The notes beneath the pieces are model-generated. The model ran no database searches and had not been told where the DNA came from. It worked only from the letters and a program-made list of their open reading frames with translations. 20,000 nucleotides of DNA, from the IMG/VR virus record IMGVR_UViG_3300026198_000007; one strand, written 5' to 3'. The stretch's first letter is position 1. Every line of letters begins with the position of its first letter. Of the stretch, positions 1 to 8,403 are shown one piece after another. The position numbers and the translations under genes are program-made. This stretch comes from an uncultured virus (IMG/VR IMGVR_UViG_3300026198_000007). Lineage: Duplodnaviria > Heunggongvirae > Uroviricota > Caudoviricetes.

Positions 1-106
1 TTCGCTGTCTTATAATTATTTTGTCCATGGAATTATCCCGATCTTCCGGGATTCCCGCCAGCGGGTAAAGGAGGGTCGGCTGAATCATACCGAGAAAATC
101 CCGCTG

Positions 107-292
107 TTAACGGTCTCGAAAGATCTCTTCTATGCATGCTTGTAATACGTTAAATACTCTTCGCGAGGTTGGATCACCCGACAGAACCAGTTGCCGAGCG
201 GCTTCTTCTTGCAGAGCTACCAAAACAGATTCCCAACCGCATTCGTCAACAAAAGACTCCACGCTCGGACCTGTTACCACGCGCCACCCCAA
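107..292 (-). CDS. Small hypothetical protein (start may be GTG at 280)
   Basis: ORF in the packed minus-strand array, overlapping the stop of 274..597. Confidence 0.6.
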   Translation of the reverse strand: MGWRVVTGPSVESFVDECGWESVLVALQEEAARQLVLSGDPTSRRVFNVLQACIEEIFRDR

Positions 293-597
293 CGTCTTTC
301 ACACTTGGTTCTCATCAGCTCAAGTTCAATCGTTACCCACCAAAGATAATCCTCTAGATCGGTATCGGTCGGATGATATAATCTTGAGTCTGCTGGATCA
401 TCCATGCACCATCCGGATGGATATAACGGACAAAGAAGTTCACACCCATCATCTTCTGATAATATGCTATCAATCTCGGCACATATACTACAATAGGCCC
501 ATACTGGGTATTCTCCTGTTAGCGCATGTATGTATTTTTCAATTGTTTCGTCGAGAGCATATTCTGGCAGATTGGACAAAGATATTATCGTGGTCAT
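274..597 (-). CDS. Cys-rich hypothetical protein, possibly metal-binding
   Basis: CSIC...CELLCPLYPSGWC; ATGA overlap with the upstream ORF. Confidence 0.7.
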   Translation of the reverse strand: MTTIISLSNLPEYALDETIEKYIHALTGEYPVWAYCSICAEIDSILSEDDGCELLCPLYPSGWCMDDPADSRLYHPTDTDLEDYLWWVTIELELMRTKCERRWGGAW

Positions 598-833
598 ATA
601 TTATTTCCCTCAATAAATAGCATTGTTTTGCATGCCGGGTATCTGCTCATCTCGGCAATCAGGGTTATTGATTCCAGCTCTCTTTCGTCATTGAAGCACA
701 GGTCGTTCCTATCTAGATATTCCCTTACTTGCATATAAGCACTATCAATCGAGGATGCTACCACATATGATTCGTGATAATTCGTGCCTGTTGAACTGCA
801 TCCTCCGCGTATTCTGACTTGGTATAGTTTCAT
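594..833 (-). CDS. Hypothetical protein (MKLYQVRIRG...)
   Basis: ORF 594..860; ATG at 833 chosen because it avoids overlap with the gene ending at 844. Confidence 0.65.
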   Translation of the reverse strand: MKLYQVRIRGGCSSTGTNYHESYVVASSIDSAYMQVREYLDRNDLCFNDERELESITLIAEMSRYPACKTMLFIEGNNI

Positions 834-843
834 TTTTGTCAAC

Positions 844-1815
844 TCAATCAACATTGCCACTTGCCGAAAATGACCTAACGGCCCTGTTCACATAAACGCG
901 ATGCCAAATTTTGCCTAATACCAATATCTTATGTTCAGGGTGCCTAATTGTTCCTCTGACATAAATATCTCCATCTTTTTGTCTGATTTCTGTTACTATG
1001 TGCGCATGACCTGTTCCGGCATTCGGAAAATATCGTGCCAGGTTATTTTGGTCTTTAATCGGGAATCTGTGAACCATTCTACTAGAGTTATCGTCGAACT
1101 GCCCCCATGATTCCATGTGTCTTCTCAGATGTTTGTCTGCAAGTTCTTTTGTTGCAAACCTCGTTTGATAAGCATGTTGAACATTGTAATCATACCACCC
1201 CCACTCATATAAAGGCTCTACTCGCGAAAGTTCTCTCGTCTCTACTCCGGACGGATGGAAGAAAAATTCTCCTTGTCTGACATGCGGTGCGTCTCGGGCC
1301 AGATCTTCCGGAAACAGAGTATCAAACGCCTCATCAACCGAGGTTACATTCTCGGGCAATTCCACCAAAAAATATCCTTCTCGATCTTTGGCACCTGCAT
1401 CAATTGATGACAAGTAGTGTTTACCTTCTATCTCGATTACGGCTGACCCCAGCCTGTGTTCATTGTACTCAATTATTTCTCCTGTTTTTGGATCTCGTCG
1501 AATTCGTGGAATGTATATGTCTGATGATCTGTCAACCATCTTGATAGCTGAGTACTCCGTTGTTACCTGGTTCAATGCCGAAAATGGGATTATCACATTT
1601 GGAGTCAAATGTCTGATGCACAACGATGTATGCCTTGATGTTGATGAACTATAAGTATCCCCGTTGATCAGATATTCGCCGGTATCTAGTCTCGTTGCTA
1701 GGATGAAATGATGCCCGTAGCTGTATAATTTTCGATTGTCATCATGAAAAATATGTTTGCTGTTTCCTCTTTCTTGACGCGCAAATGCGATTACTGCATC
1801 TTTGTTTGATAACAT
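844..1815 (-). CDS. Virus-type hypothetical protein, 323 aa, His-rich C-terminal motifs
   Basis: Long ORF with SD GAGGT. Motifs YSYGHHF, YSSSTSRH, RQGEFFF, GHAH and RHPEH resemble uncharacterised phage proteins (recalled, not searched). Confidence 0.85.
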   Translation of the reverse strand: MLSNKDAVIAFARQERGNSKHIFHDDNRKLYSYGHHFILATRLDTGEYLINGDTYSSSTSRHTSLCIRHLTPNVIIPFSALNQVTTEYSAIKMVDRSSDIYIPRIRRDPKTGEIIEYNEHRLGSAVIEIEGKHYLSSIDAGAKDREGYFLVELPENVTSVDEAFDTLFPEDLARDAPHVRQGEFFFHPSGVETRELSRVEPLYEWGWYDYNVQHAYQTRFATKELADKHLRRHMESWGQFDDNSSRMVHRFPIKDQNNLARYFPNAGTGHAHIVTEIRQKDGDIYVRGTIRHPEHKILVLGKIWHRVYVNRAVRSFSASGNVD

Positions 1816-1826
1816 TTTTGTTTACC

Positions 1827-1943
1827 TCACTCTTTTTCGTTGTTTTGCTTCTCATCGCGCTTGCTTTTCAATCGCTGTCCATATTCTTTTATCATCTTGC
1901 ATTGTCGATCTATATTTTCAGCAAGTTCTTCCATGGTGTACAT
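1827..1943 (-). CDS. 38-aa small protein MYTMEELAENIDRQCKMIKEYGQRLKSKRDEKQNNEKE (not in ORF track)
   Basis: Translated by hand; SD AGGAGAG upstream; fills the gap between its neighbours. Confidence 0.55.
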   Translation of the reverse strand: MYTMEELAENIDRQCKMIKEYGQRLKSKRDEKQNNEKE

Positions 1944-1964
1944 AATACACTCTCCTTTTTTTAT

Positions 1965-2705
1965 TTACTCCCAGAAATTTTTTATTTCCTCTATCAAGCG
2001 TTCTCTCAGATTTTCTTCGTATTCTACGCACGTCTCTTCTGCCGTTTCGATTAGTTCTTCCATTTTTTCGTAATCATCTAGGTCGTCTGGTTTAAGCCCT
2101 AGACATTTAATTGCTGTTTCGAATCTGATATAGTCCATATCCAAGCTGTTGATGTTCATTATCAACGTTTCAAGTTCATCCCACACTGCATTCCCGTATG
2201 TATATGCTGCCTGGATCTCGGCGATTCGATCAATATCCGTTTCTCCTTCCCACAACCCGGCATCTTCTTCGGCGTATTCATATAACTGACTTAGCAATTC
2301 TGCGGCTTCCGTCATATGATATGATCTATCTACTATCGTTTCGTGGAATATACCGTCTCCGTTGGCGTAATCGTTATTTATGTCTGCGCTGGCTTCACCC
2401 TTGTCGATGAGTTGATCAACGATTTCATCCATGAAATATTCCAAAACCAGATTTGCTGCATCGTCTTCGGCTTCCTGGCGGTAGTTCGTTGGCGGTTCTG
2501 GCGGCAATTCGAAGTGAAATCTGCCCATGAACTCATCTATGCCGTCTAAAGAATGATTGCTGGCAAATTGTATTGCCAGGCTCGTTAACTGTGATTTTAG
2601 GATTTGTTTTGCGTAGTCGGTGTCTCTGTATGACGAGTATCTTGAAATTGGTCTGCTTAGATCAACATATATCGAGGCAATTATGTACGATGGTTCTTGT
2701 TTCAT
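1965..2705 (-). CDS. Highly acidic protein with a putative Ocr (T7 gp0.3)-like DNA-mimic domain
   Basis: Residues 71-246 have 49 D/E versus 11 K/R. EDAGLWEGETDIDRI...VWDELETLI aligns without gaps to the recalled Ocr segment [15 protein letters not shown]...[18 protein letters not shown]. Confidence 0.65.
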   Translation of the reverse strand: MKQEPSYIIASIYVDLSRPISRYSSYRDTDYAKQILKSQLTSLAIQFASNHSLDGIDEFMGRFHFELPPEPPTNYRQEAEDDAANLVLEYFMDEIVDQLIDKGEASADINNDYANGDGIFHETIVDRSYHMTEAAELLSQLYEYAEEDAGLWEGETDIDRIAEIQAAYTYGNAVWDELETLIMNINSLDMDYIRFETAIKCLGLKPDDLDDYEKMEELIETAEETCVEYEENLRERLIEEIKNFWE

Positions 2706-2745
2706 CGTTTTCCTCCTTATGTGTCTGCCGATGGCGTTGAATTGT

Positions 2746-3159
2746 TCATGCCAATTCGATTGTGTTCATTACTTTCAGTAAGATATCGGCCATCATCTCT
2801 TTATCAGCCGGATCTAGATCGTCTACCCATCTGCTTTTGCAACTATATGTTGCTACAAGTTCTCCGCTTGGTGCTCTGATTTTTGCAATTAGGTCTCCGA
2901 CGTTTCCATAGTATTGTACTATGTAGACATATGTTCCGATCACTGCTCCAATATCTTCAGCTATTTCGTCTGCGTCGACGGTGCCGGTTCGATAATCGAC
3001 CAATACTCTACTTGATGATACGTCGATGTCTACTTTGTATATGTCATTTGCACCGTCTTCTAATACATCTTCTCCTATCATTTCTATTTCGCTGTAGTCT
3101 GTTCCCGTGGTTATCCCGATTGCTGCGATCAGCAATAACATACCAAGTATTGTTTTCAT
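2746..3159 (-). CDS. Secreted or membrane-anchored acidic hypothetical protein
   Basis: N-terminal signal-peptide-like MKTILGMLLLIAAIGITTG; SD GGAG. Confidence 0.8.
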   Translation of the reverse strand: MKTILGMLLLIAAIGITTGTDYSEIEMIGEDVLEDGANDIYKVDIDVSSSRVLVDYRTGTVDADEIAEDIGAVIGTYVYIVQYYGNVGDLIAKIRAPSGELVATYSCKSRWVDDLDPADKEMMADILLKVMNTIELA

Positions 3160-3160
3160 C

Positions 3161-3352
3161 TTATTTCAACTCCTTTTCTTCCAAATCTTTTGTCCATTCT
3201 GCGATACTTACTTTCGACGGTACGTGCTGAAGAAATCCCAAAATAAAGTCCTTGTCATTGGAATGCTGTTCGAACAGTCTGGCGGTTTTGCTTCCTGTCC
3301 GCTCATCAACATAATCCAGATCAAAGGAGACCGTAAACCGCATGCATCTCAT
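3161..3352 (-). CDS. Small hypothetical protein
   Basis: Part of ORF 3161..3406; ATG at 3352 overlaps the upstream stop (ATGA). Confidence 0.6.
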   Translation of the reverse strand: MRCMRFTVSFDLDYVDERTGSKTARLFEQHSNDKDFILGFLQHVPSKVSIAEWTKDLEEKELK

Positions 3353-3666
3353 GGGTCTGGGACCAAAAATGAGATGCGATGCTCGTAGTCTAAATTCTGC
3401 ACCCAATTGCGAACTTCTGCGATCCTTTTTCTCAAAACATCTACATATTCCGGAGTTCCGAATTTTGCGTATTCAAATTCAAATGTTGCACGCATATCTC
3501 CCTTTTCAAACCAGGTGTTTCCGCCATTAAATATTCCTAGACCCCGCTCTCTATCAGTGTTTGTTAACAGTCTTGATGCAACGTACATAGGTGTTTCTTT
3601 ACCATCAACGAGCACTAACTCATATTTGTGCCCGTCTTTAATTCCGTCTACCAATGTTATTTCCAT
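3349..3666 (-). CDS. Hypothetical protein
   Basis: SD GAGGTGA upstream of the ATG. Confidence 0.8.
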   Translation of the reverse strand: MEITLVDGIKDGHKYELVLVDGKETPMYVASRLLTNTDRERGLGIFNGGNTWFEKGDMRATFEFEYAKFGTPEYVDVLRKRIAEVRNWVQNLDYEHRISFLVPDP

Positions 3667-3672
3667 TTTATC

Positions 3673-3921
3673 TCACCTCAACATTTCTTCAATTGTTACT
3701 TTTTCTCCGTTCCAGCTGATCCAGACCGGGTGAAAGTTGCCGATTTGTCGGCCATTGCCTACCCGGTATTGGATCTTTCCGCTCGTTCGGTCCCTGATAA
3801 AAACATCAATTTTTGTTCGGTCCCCCATTGCATTCAGGGTATAAACATCCCCAAACGCAACATCAAACTTGGCCCCATGATGCCAATTTGCGTTTCCTGG
3901 CGGAACTTTTCTAATTTTCAT
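3673..3921 (-). CDS. Basic hypothetical protein (MKIRKVPPG...)
   Basis: Part of ORF 3673..4005; ATG at 3921 is preceded by AGGTG. Confidence 0.7.
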   Translation of the reverse strand: MKIRKVPPGNANWHHGAKFDVAFGDVYTLNAMGDRTKIDVFIRDRTSGKIQYRVGNGRQIGNFHPVWISWNGEKVTIEEMLR

Positions 3922-4354
3922 TGATAACACCTTGAAACCGGTATGGACCCCTGCGATTCTCAGCAATGCTTCTATCTGCTTGTGCCAGTTCCCCAGGGTT
4001 GTCAAATGACCTGTAGAATACGAAATTCGTTTTGATCGCCCCTAGATTCTTGGAAAGGTTGGCCCCCATTCTTATCGAGGTATCCAATCCCACCGTTAAA
4101 CCGCCTTCAATCGGGATTATTATGTAGCAATGATCTCCAGGGCCGGGATCAGTTCGAACCACAATTTTAGGGTCATATCCATGATCTTTGAAAAATTGCC
4201 AATTGGCAGATGCCATGTCCGCGCAATCAAAGACATCATCCTCCCAGGGCTGGGTAAAATGATGAGAGTTGACCAGCTCTTCAATTTCTTCAAGATTGCC
4301 GGCAATGACTGTTGGTGTCAAACACAGCAATGCGATAACCCAAATGAATTTCAT
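3911..4354 (-). CDS. Secreted transglutaminase/papain-like Cys-His fold protein (putative)
   Basis: Signal-peptide-like MKFIWVIALLCLTPTVIAG; motif FDCADMA, then GDHCYIII, then a downstream Asp. Confidence 0.6.
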   Translation of the reverse strand: MKFIWVIALLCLTPTVIAGNLEEIEELVNSHHFTQPWEDDVFDCADMASANWQFFKDHGYDPKIVVRTDPGPGDHCYIIIPIEGGLTVGLDTSIRMGANLSKNLGAIKTNFVFYRSFDNPGELAQADRSIAENRRGPYRFQGVINEN

Positions 4355-4512
4355 CTTAGCCCCACCATGCGTCGCATAACCCAGATCAAATGTGTGGTTT
4401 TGAAAGTGGTACACATATCGAATTCATTGCTCCAATATCTAAAATCCTTCTGACTATGCGCAAACGCTGTGCAGTTTACTAATTCTTCTTCACTTATTGT
4501 AAAAGGTTTCAC
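4351..4512 (-). CDS. 53-aa small protein MKPFTISEEELVNC... (not in ORF track)
   Basis: GTG start just after the upstream stop; its stop overlaps the ATG of the next gene (ATGA). Confidence 0.5.
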   Translation of the reverse strand: MKPFTISEEELVNCTAFAHSQKDFRYWSNEFDMCTTFKTTHLIWVMRRMVGLR

Positions 4513-4518
4513 AGTAAA

Positions 4519-4719
4519 TCACCCCACAAATACTTGATCCGCCACAATAGCTGCAATCTCGGATCGTTCTATAAATGAACCATTTGTACCAAACCCCACC
4601 GTGACGTTGCTACCATGATTGTTTCTGATATTTTCAAGTTCATCTTTTGTGAGTTCATTTATAGTTATTTTAATGCCAGATTTCAAAACAACCAAATATC
4701 TCATTTTAAGTCCTCTCAA
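4519..4719 (-). CDS. Small hypothetical protein (probable start MRYLVV)
   Basis: ORF in the packed array; SD GAGGA before the internal ATG. Confidence 0.65.
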   Translation of the reverse strand: MRGLKMRYLVVLKSGIKITINELTKDELENIRNNHGSNVTVGFGTNGSFIERSEIAAIVADQVFVG

Positions 4720-5489
4720 TAGTTTTCATCTTCAACTCTCCTCTTCATTTCGTTGACCATGCCTATCTGCAATCTTACAGAAGTCAGATAAAATTTTACC
4801 TTGTCACCGTTTGGATCAGTTGCTGCCGATTCAAGCAGAAGCACGACGTTTGTTCTCAAGTTTCTGATCCAGTGTAAAACGTCTAGATCTGTTTCCTCTG
4901 TTTCCTTTTTGTATAGGAAACGCATCAGTTCATTCATATCGGCAATCAGCGATGGCGTGTTATCCTCGGGATAAAGCTGTTTCCATAGTTTGTTATATCC
5001 TTCTTCGATGGTTATATACTCATACGGGGTCTTATCGTCTTCGAAACACTCCTTTGGTAGACAATAAGCCATGAATCCGCGTTTTCCGTCTGCATCTGGT
5101 AAATAAACTGCTCCTGGCGCGCATGGTGAACAAAGTGGTCCGAGAGTAACATATGGAGATTCGGCAATGAATAGGTCATTGCCGATTAATTGTATTTTGT
5201 ATCCATCGTGTTCATATAGTCTGGAATCTTCGCTTTCGTCCCAGTTTTCGAACATTTCTTCTGCGATTGATTCTTTTAATTTCTCGATTTCGGTTTCTTT
5301 ATCCAATCCTCGTTCTTTTGCGAACTCTTTAATTGGTTCGAACAATTCGTCAATTTCAAGCTCGATTTCTTTTATTGCAAGGTTTTCCGAGTTATCATAA
5401 AATTCTTCGTATGCGAACCAGGGGTCTAGATCGTGTAATGGTATCACCCCGTATCTGATACCTGTTTTCGGATCTGTGTTTGGGATCAT
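4716..5489 (-). CDS. Virus-type hypothetical protein (TGIRYGVI, CSPCAPGA motifs)
   Basis: Long ORF; SD GGAGGT before ATG 5489; ATGA overlap with the upstream gene. Confidence 0.85.
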   Translation of the reverse strand: MIPNTDPKTGIRYGVIPLHDLDPWFAYEEFYDNSENLAIKEIELEIDELFEPIKEFAKERGLDKETEIEKLKESIAEEMFENWDESEDSRLYEHDGYKIQLIGNDLFIAESPYVTLGPLCSPCAPGAVYLPDADGKRGFMAYCLPKECFEDDKTPYEYITIEEGYNKLWKQLYPEDNTPSLIADMNELMRFLYKKETEETDLDVLHWIRNLRTNVVLLLESAATDPNGDKVKFYLTSVRLQIGMVNEMKRRVEDENY

Positions 5490-5986
5490 GTTACCTCCCA
5501 TTGCAATTCTTTGTCTGATAGCTTTGCATACTTTTCGAATGCTGTATCCAGTTCCAGCATGCTGAATCCGATGTTGGATAATCTTTTGCGGGTTTCGTTC
5601 AGTAGATCTCTGTGATACCAGCCTATGTCTGGATCATCACTCTCGATTCCCCACACTGATTCATATATTGAGGTGCTTAAGGGTTCTTTGTTTATCAGTA
5701 TTTCCAAGTCAATTTTTATGATGGCTCTCACGTAGTACCATTTATTGTCTAGCCAATCTTCGACGCGTTTTTTGTCTTCGTTTGCGTATCGGTATGCGTC
5801 TCGACGTTCTTTTCCCTTTAGATCGTGCCATTTTTGAATTGGTATTAACCAATGTTGACCAAGTTTTAATGCATTTGTTTCCCAGTGATCTGACAACTTT
5901 CCGTAGTCGTTTAACATGTAACAGTCATCATCAATTTCGTATTTTAAGAATATATCAACTATACTCAATTTTGCCTCCTTTTCCAT
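5486..5986 (-). CDS. Virus-type hypothetical protein (WYYV...SVWGIESD)
   Basis: SD GAGGTGA before ATG 5986. Confidence 0.8.
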   Translation of the reverse strand: MEKEAKLSIVDIFLKYEIDDDCYMLNDYGKLSDHWETNALKLGQHWLIPIQKWHDLKGKERRDAYRYANEDKKRVEDWLDNKWYYVRAIIKIDLEILINKEPLSTSIYESVWGIESDDPDIGWYHRDLLNETRKRLSNIGFSMLELDTAFEKYAKLSDKELQWEVT

Positions 5987-6035
5987 GGCCGTCACCTCAT
6001 TTGTCGTGTTGTTGTATCGCTTTTTCGATCACCAT

Positions 6036-6443
6036 TTACATTCTCTCCGTTTCCCATAACAAAGTCTCGTATGCTTCTTTTCCCAAGAAATTTTTCATGT
6101 TCAAAGACACAGCTTTCACATTGTGATATATTGTCTCAGCTCTTCTTAAATCAATATCATATCCATAATCGTTGGCCCAGTCTTCGAAACTATTCGAATT
6201 TTCGTATCCCGATGCATCCGATGCAATGCAGTCTAGAACTTCGGATACTGTTGGTCTCTTTCCTTTGTGACCAATCCCTTTTGAAAAGTATGTCACAAAC
6301 TCGTTTATTCCTTTTCCCGGCATGTGCAGCACAATTTCCCAATGATCTCCTTTGAAATCTGTCATATATGGGCTTTGATGTATTTTGTTGCATTCCTTCA
6401 TTTTTATTCCATGCATTTCAATGAACTCTTCAATCGTTGCCAT
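6036..6443 (-). CDS. Virus-type hypothetical protein (FEDWANDYGYD)
   Basis: SD AGGAGGT before ATG 6443. The longer ORF start would run through the tRNA-like element and the upstream gene. Confidence 0.8.
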   Translation of the reverse strand: MATIEEFIEMHGIKMKECNKIHQSPYMTDFKGDHWEIVLHMPGKGINEFVTYFSKGIGHKGKRPTVSEVLDCIASDASGYENSNSFEDWANDYGYDIDLRRAETIYHNVKAVSLNMKNFLGKEAYETLLWETERM

Positions 6444-6462
6444 ATGTATCTCTACCTCCTGA

Positions 6463-6504
6463 TTGCCGCTCCCGGAGTCGAACCGGGCTAATACCTCGGC
6501 GGCT
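6463..6504 (-). ncRNA. Mini tRNA-like element no. 2 (acceptor stem + T-arm), intercistronic
   Basis: Minus strand: AGCCGCC GAGGTATTAG CCCGG TTCGACT CCGGG AGCGGCA A. Canonical T-arm; 5 of 7 acceptor pairs; 10-nt linker. Confidence 0.7.
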
Positions 6505-6772
6505 ATTTCGTTTCTTCCACTAGTTCCCATATGTGAATCTCTTGTACTTCGTCGGATTCTTGCATGTCGAAGTGTTCCATTCTCAGTTCGATGATAACCG
6601 TACCGGCCAGCGTTGATTTGATTTCTGATATTATTGATCGATAGTCATCTTCCCATTCGTCTGTTCCCAGTTTCGATATGTGTCGGTCTAAGTCTCGTAT
6701 TGCGGTTTCGTTGTTTTTATTGGCAATGTAGACGCCGGTATCTTCTCCGTCTTTGTAAACTTTAAAGATCAT
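6503..6772 (-). CDS. Acidic hypothetical protein
   Basis: SD AAGGAGA before the ATG. Confidence 0.8.
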   Translation of the reverse strand: MIFKVYKDGEDTGVYIANKNNETAIRDLDRHISKLGTDEWEDDYRSIISEIKSTLAGTVIIELRMEHFDMQESDEVQEIHIWELVEETK

Positions 6773-6788
6773 TTCGATTCTCCTTCAT

Positions 6789-6845
6789 GAAAACCTCGGG
6801 TGCAGGGGCAGCGGATACTCGCGACTTCAGTCGTGGGTAGTTGAC
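6789..6845. mobile_element. 57-bp IS200/IS605-superfamily (IscB-type) palindromic remnant or mini-element
   Basis: Minus strand begins GTCAACTACCCACGACTGAAGTCG; 10-bp hairpin at 6816-6839; flanked by TTCAT (6784-6788); removal restores GAG GAA TGA. Confidence 0.75.
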
Positions 6846-7282
6846 TCCTCCATTGGTTCTTCGTTCTCAGTAAATGCTTCTTCTGCGCAGAATTCTGAAC
6901 AGAATTTTCCGTAATCAGGATCTCCGTATATCACGAAAAATTCTTTGTCATCTCTTAGTTTTCCACATCTGTCGCACTTTGGCAATGATGCATAATGTTC
7001 CATGATTTCTTTTTTCAATTCTTCTAGATCCTGTGGTTCACCTTCAACCATTTCAAAATGGCCAAACGCAATCCCTATTTCCTCATCAGGGTGATCGGCC
7101 TGCAATGCCTCTCTGACCTTGATCGCTGCGTCCAAGGCTTCTCTTGGGTCGTCGTATTCTCCTTCACCTGGATAATCCGTGGCGAGCATATCCGAACCGG
7201 CGTAATCGATTCCTGGATATGCTATTTCCACTATATATCTACCAGAATAGAACTGATGTTGGCAATTTACGAAGTATGGCAT
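6827..7282 (-). CDS. Acidic protein with C-terminal CxxC...FCSxxC (TRASH-like) zinc motif
   Basis: CDRCG...FCSEFCA; SD AGGTGA; the last 5 codons come from the IS remnant. Confidence 0.8.
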   Translation of the reverse strand: MPYFVNCQHQFYSGRYIVEIAYPGIDYAGSDMLATDYPGEGEYDDPREALDAAIKVREALQADHPDEEIGIAFGHFEMVEGEPQDLEELKKEIMEHYASLPKCDRCGKLRDDKEFFVIYGDPDYGKFCSEFCAEEAFTENEEPMEESTTHD

Positions 7283-7304
7283 TTTTTATCACCTGATTCT
7301 TATT

Positions 7305-7499
7305 TCAATCAATCCATACGCATACAAAGCCAGGTTCCTTAACACCATCTTGAATTTCTTCAGTCACTCTGGTTATTCGGCCAACTGTTAGACTTCCAGG
7401 TTCTCCTAGAATATCACTTAACAATGTGTTAACTTGTGCAATCAATTCTTCATCAGAGTCATCAATATTTCCTTCTACTATAATTGGTAGTTCGCCCAT
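7305..7499 (-). CDS. Small acidic hypothetical protein
   Basis: SD GAGGAGA. Confidence 0.7.
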   Translation of the reverse strand: MGELPIIVEGNIDDSDEELIAQVNTLLSDILGEPGSLTVGRITRVTEEIQDGVKEPGFVCVWID

Positions 7500-7510
7500 A
7501 TTTATCTCCT

Positions 7511-7693
7511 CTAATTCTTTGCTGCGATTAATCCTATTCCCAGGATTATTAATGATACTACAAGTATCAGGCCAGCGAATAGTACCTCTAGGCCATTTTC
7601 ACTTGCGAAAACACCAATCGCCCCAATGAGTGTACCAGTTGCACCAATAAGGGCAATAAGGAACCCTATAAACCTTATTAACATATTTGTCAT
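7511..7693 (-). CDS. Small two-TM membrane protein
   Basis: Two long hydrophobic segments; SD AGGAGA. Confidence 0.75.
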   Translation of the reverse strand: MTNMLIRFIGFLIALIGATGTLIGAIGVFASENGLEVLFAGLILVVSLIILGIGLIAAKN

Positions 7694-7694
7694 T

Positions 7695-7853
7695 TTATTC
7701 TCCTAAAATTCCTAGATAATCGGCAATCTTCTCCAGGTACGGCACGGTTCCTTTGCTTAATACGGCGGCAGTTCCTGGATTTTTGATATCCCGGTATATG
7801 ATTTTGGTTGTTGGCTGTGCGTTGGTCTCTTCGATTGTTTCAGTATCTTCCAT
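7695..7853 (-). CDS. 52-aa protein MEDTETIEETNAQPTTKIIYRDIKNPGTAAVLSKGTVPYLEKIADYLGILGE, apparently chimeric (not in ORF track)
   Basis: SD AAGGAGG; the C-terminus matches that of 9105..9302 at 12 of 14 aa. Confidence 0.7.
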   Translation of the reverse strand: MEDTETIEETNAQPTTKIIYRDIKNPGTAAVLSKGTVPYLEKIADYLGILGE

Positions 7854-7868
7854 ATCGTTGTTCCTCCT

Positions 7869-8132
7869 TTATGTTGTTGCATGGTTTTTTATCTTTTTCA
7901 CCAGTTCTATATTCAGCCTTTCAGCTTCGTCCATGTTTCCTATTCCCAGCAGACCCACTATCTCGCATAATTGGTCTACACATTCTGTCAGTTCTTCCAC
8001 CATATCCGCATCGTCTTTAAAGGTCACCAGTATTATGCTTGTCGAATATTGCAGCATTTTTGCATATCTCAATATCGCTTTCATCCGTTTATCCTCATCC
8101 ATCTCAGGCCACTTCCTCAAAGTCTTATTCAC
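7869..8132 (-). CDS. Hypothetical protein
   Basis: GTG-start ORF overlapping the upstream stop. Confidence 0.65.
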   Translation of the reverse strand: MNKTLRKWPEMDEDKRMKAILRYAKMLQYSTSIILVTFKDDADMVEELTECVDQLCEIVGLLGIGNMDEAERLNIELVKKIKNHATT

Positions 8133-8403
8133 TCACAATTGCTGCTTCAACAAACTTAGTCAAAACCGGCTCTGCCCAGCTTATAATATCCCATGTATCT
8201 GGCTCATATGTTATCTCTTCAACTGTTACAATCAGACCGTCAGTTAGGTTCAGTATCAGCGAAAGATATTCCGATGTTATTCTCAGTTCAGCAGATACAA
8301 CTTTATTGCGATTTACTGAGCAATAATCACTATCCAATATACTGATCATCTCATTTATGATCTGGTCAACCAGGACTTCATCAATCTTTACAATTTGTTT
8401 CAT
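8125..8403 (-). CDS. Acidic hypothetical protein (MKQIVKIDE...)
   Basis: SD GGAGGT before ATG 8403. Confidence 0.7.
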   Translation of the reverse strand: MKQIVKIDEVLVDQIINEMISILDSDYCSVNRNKVVSAELRITSEYLSLILNLTDGLIVTVEEITYEPDTWDIISWAEPVLTKFVEAAIVSE

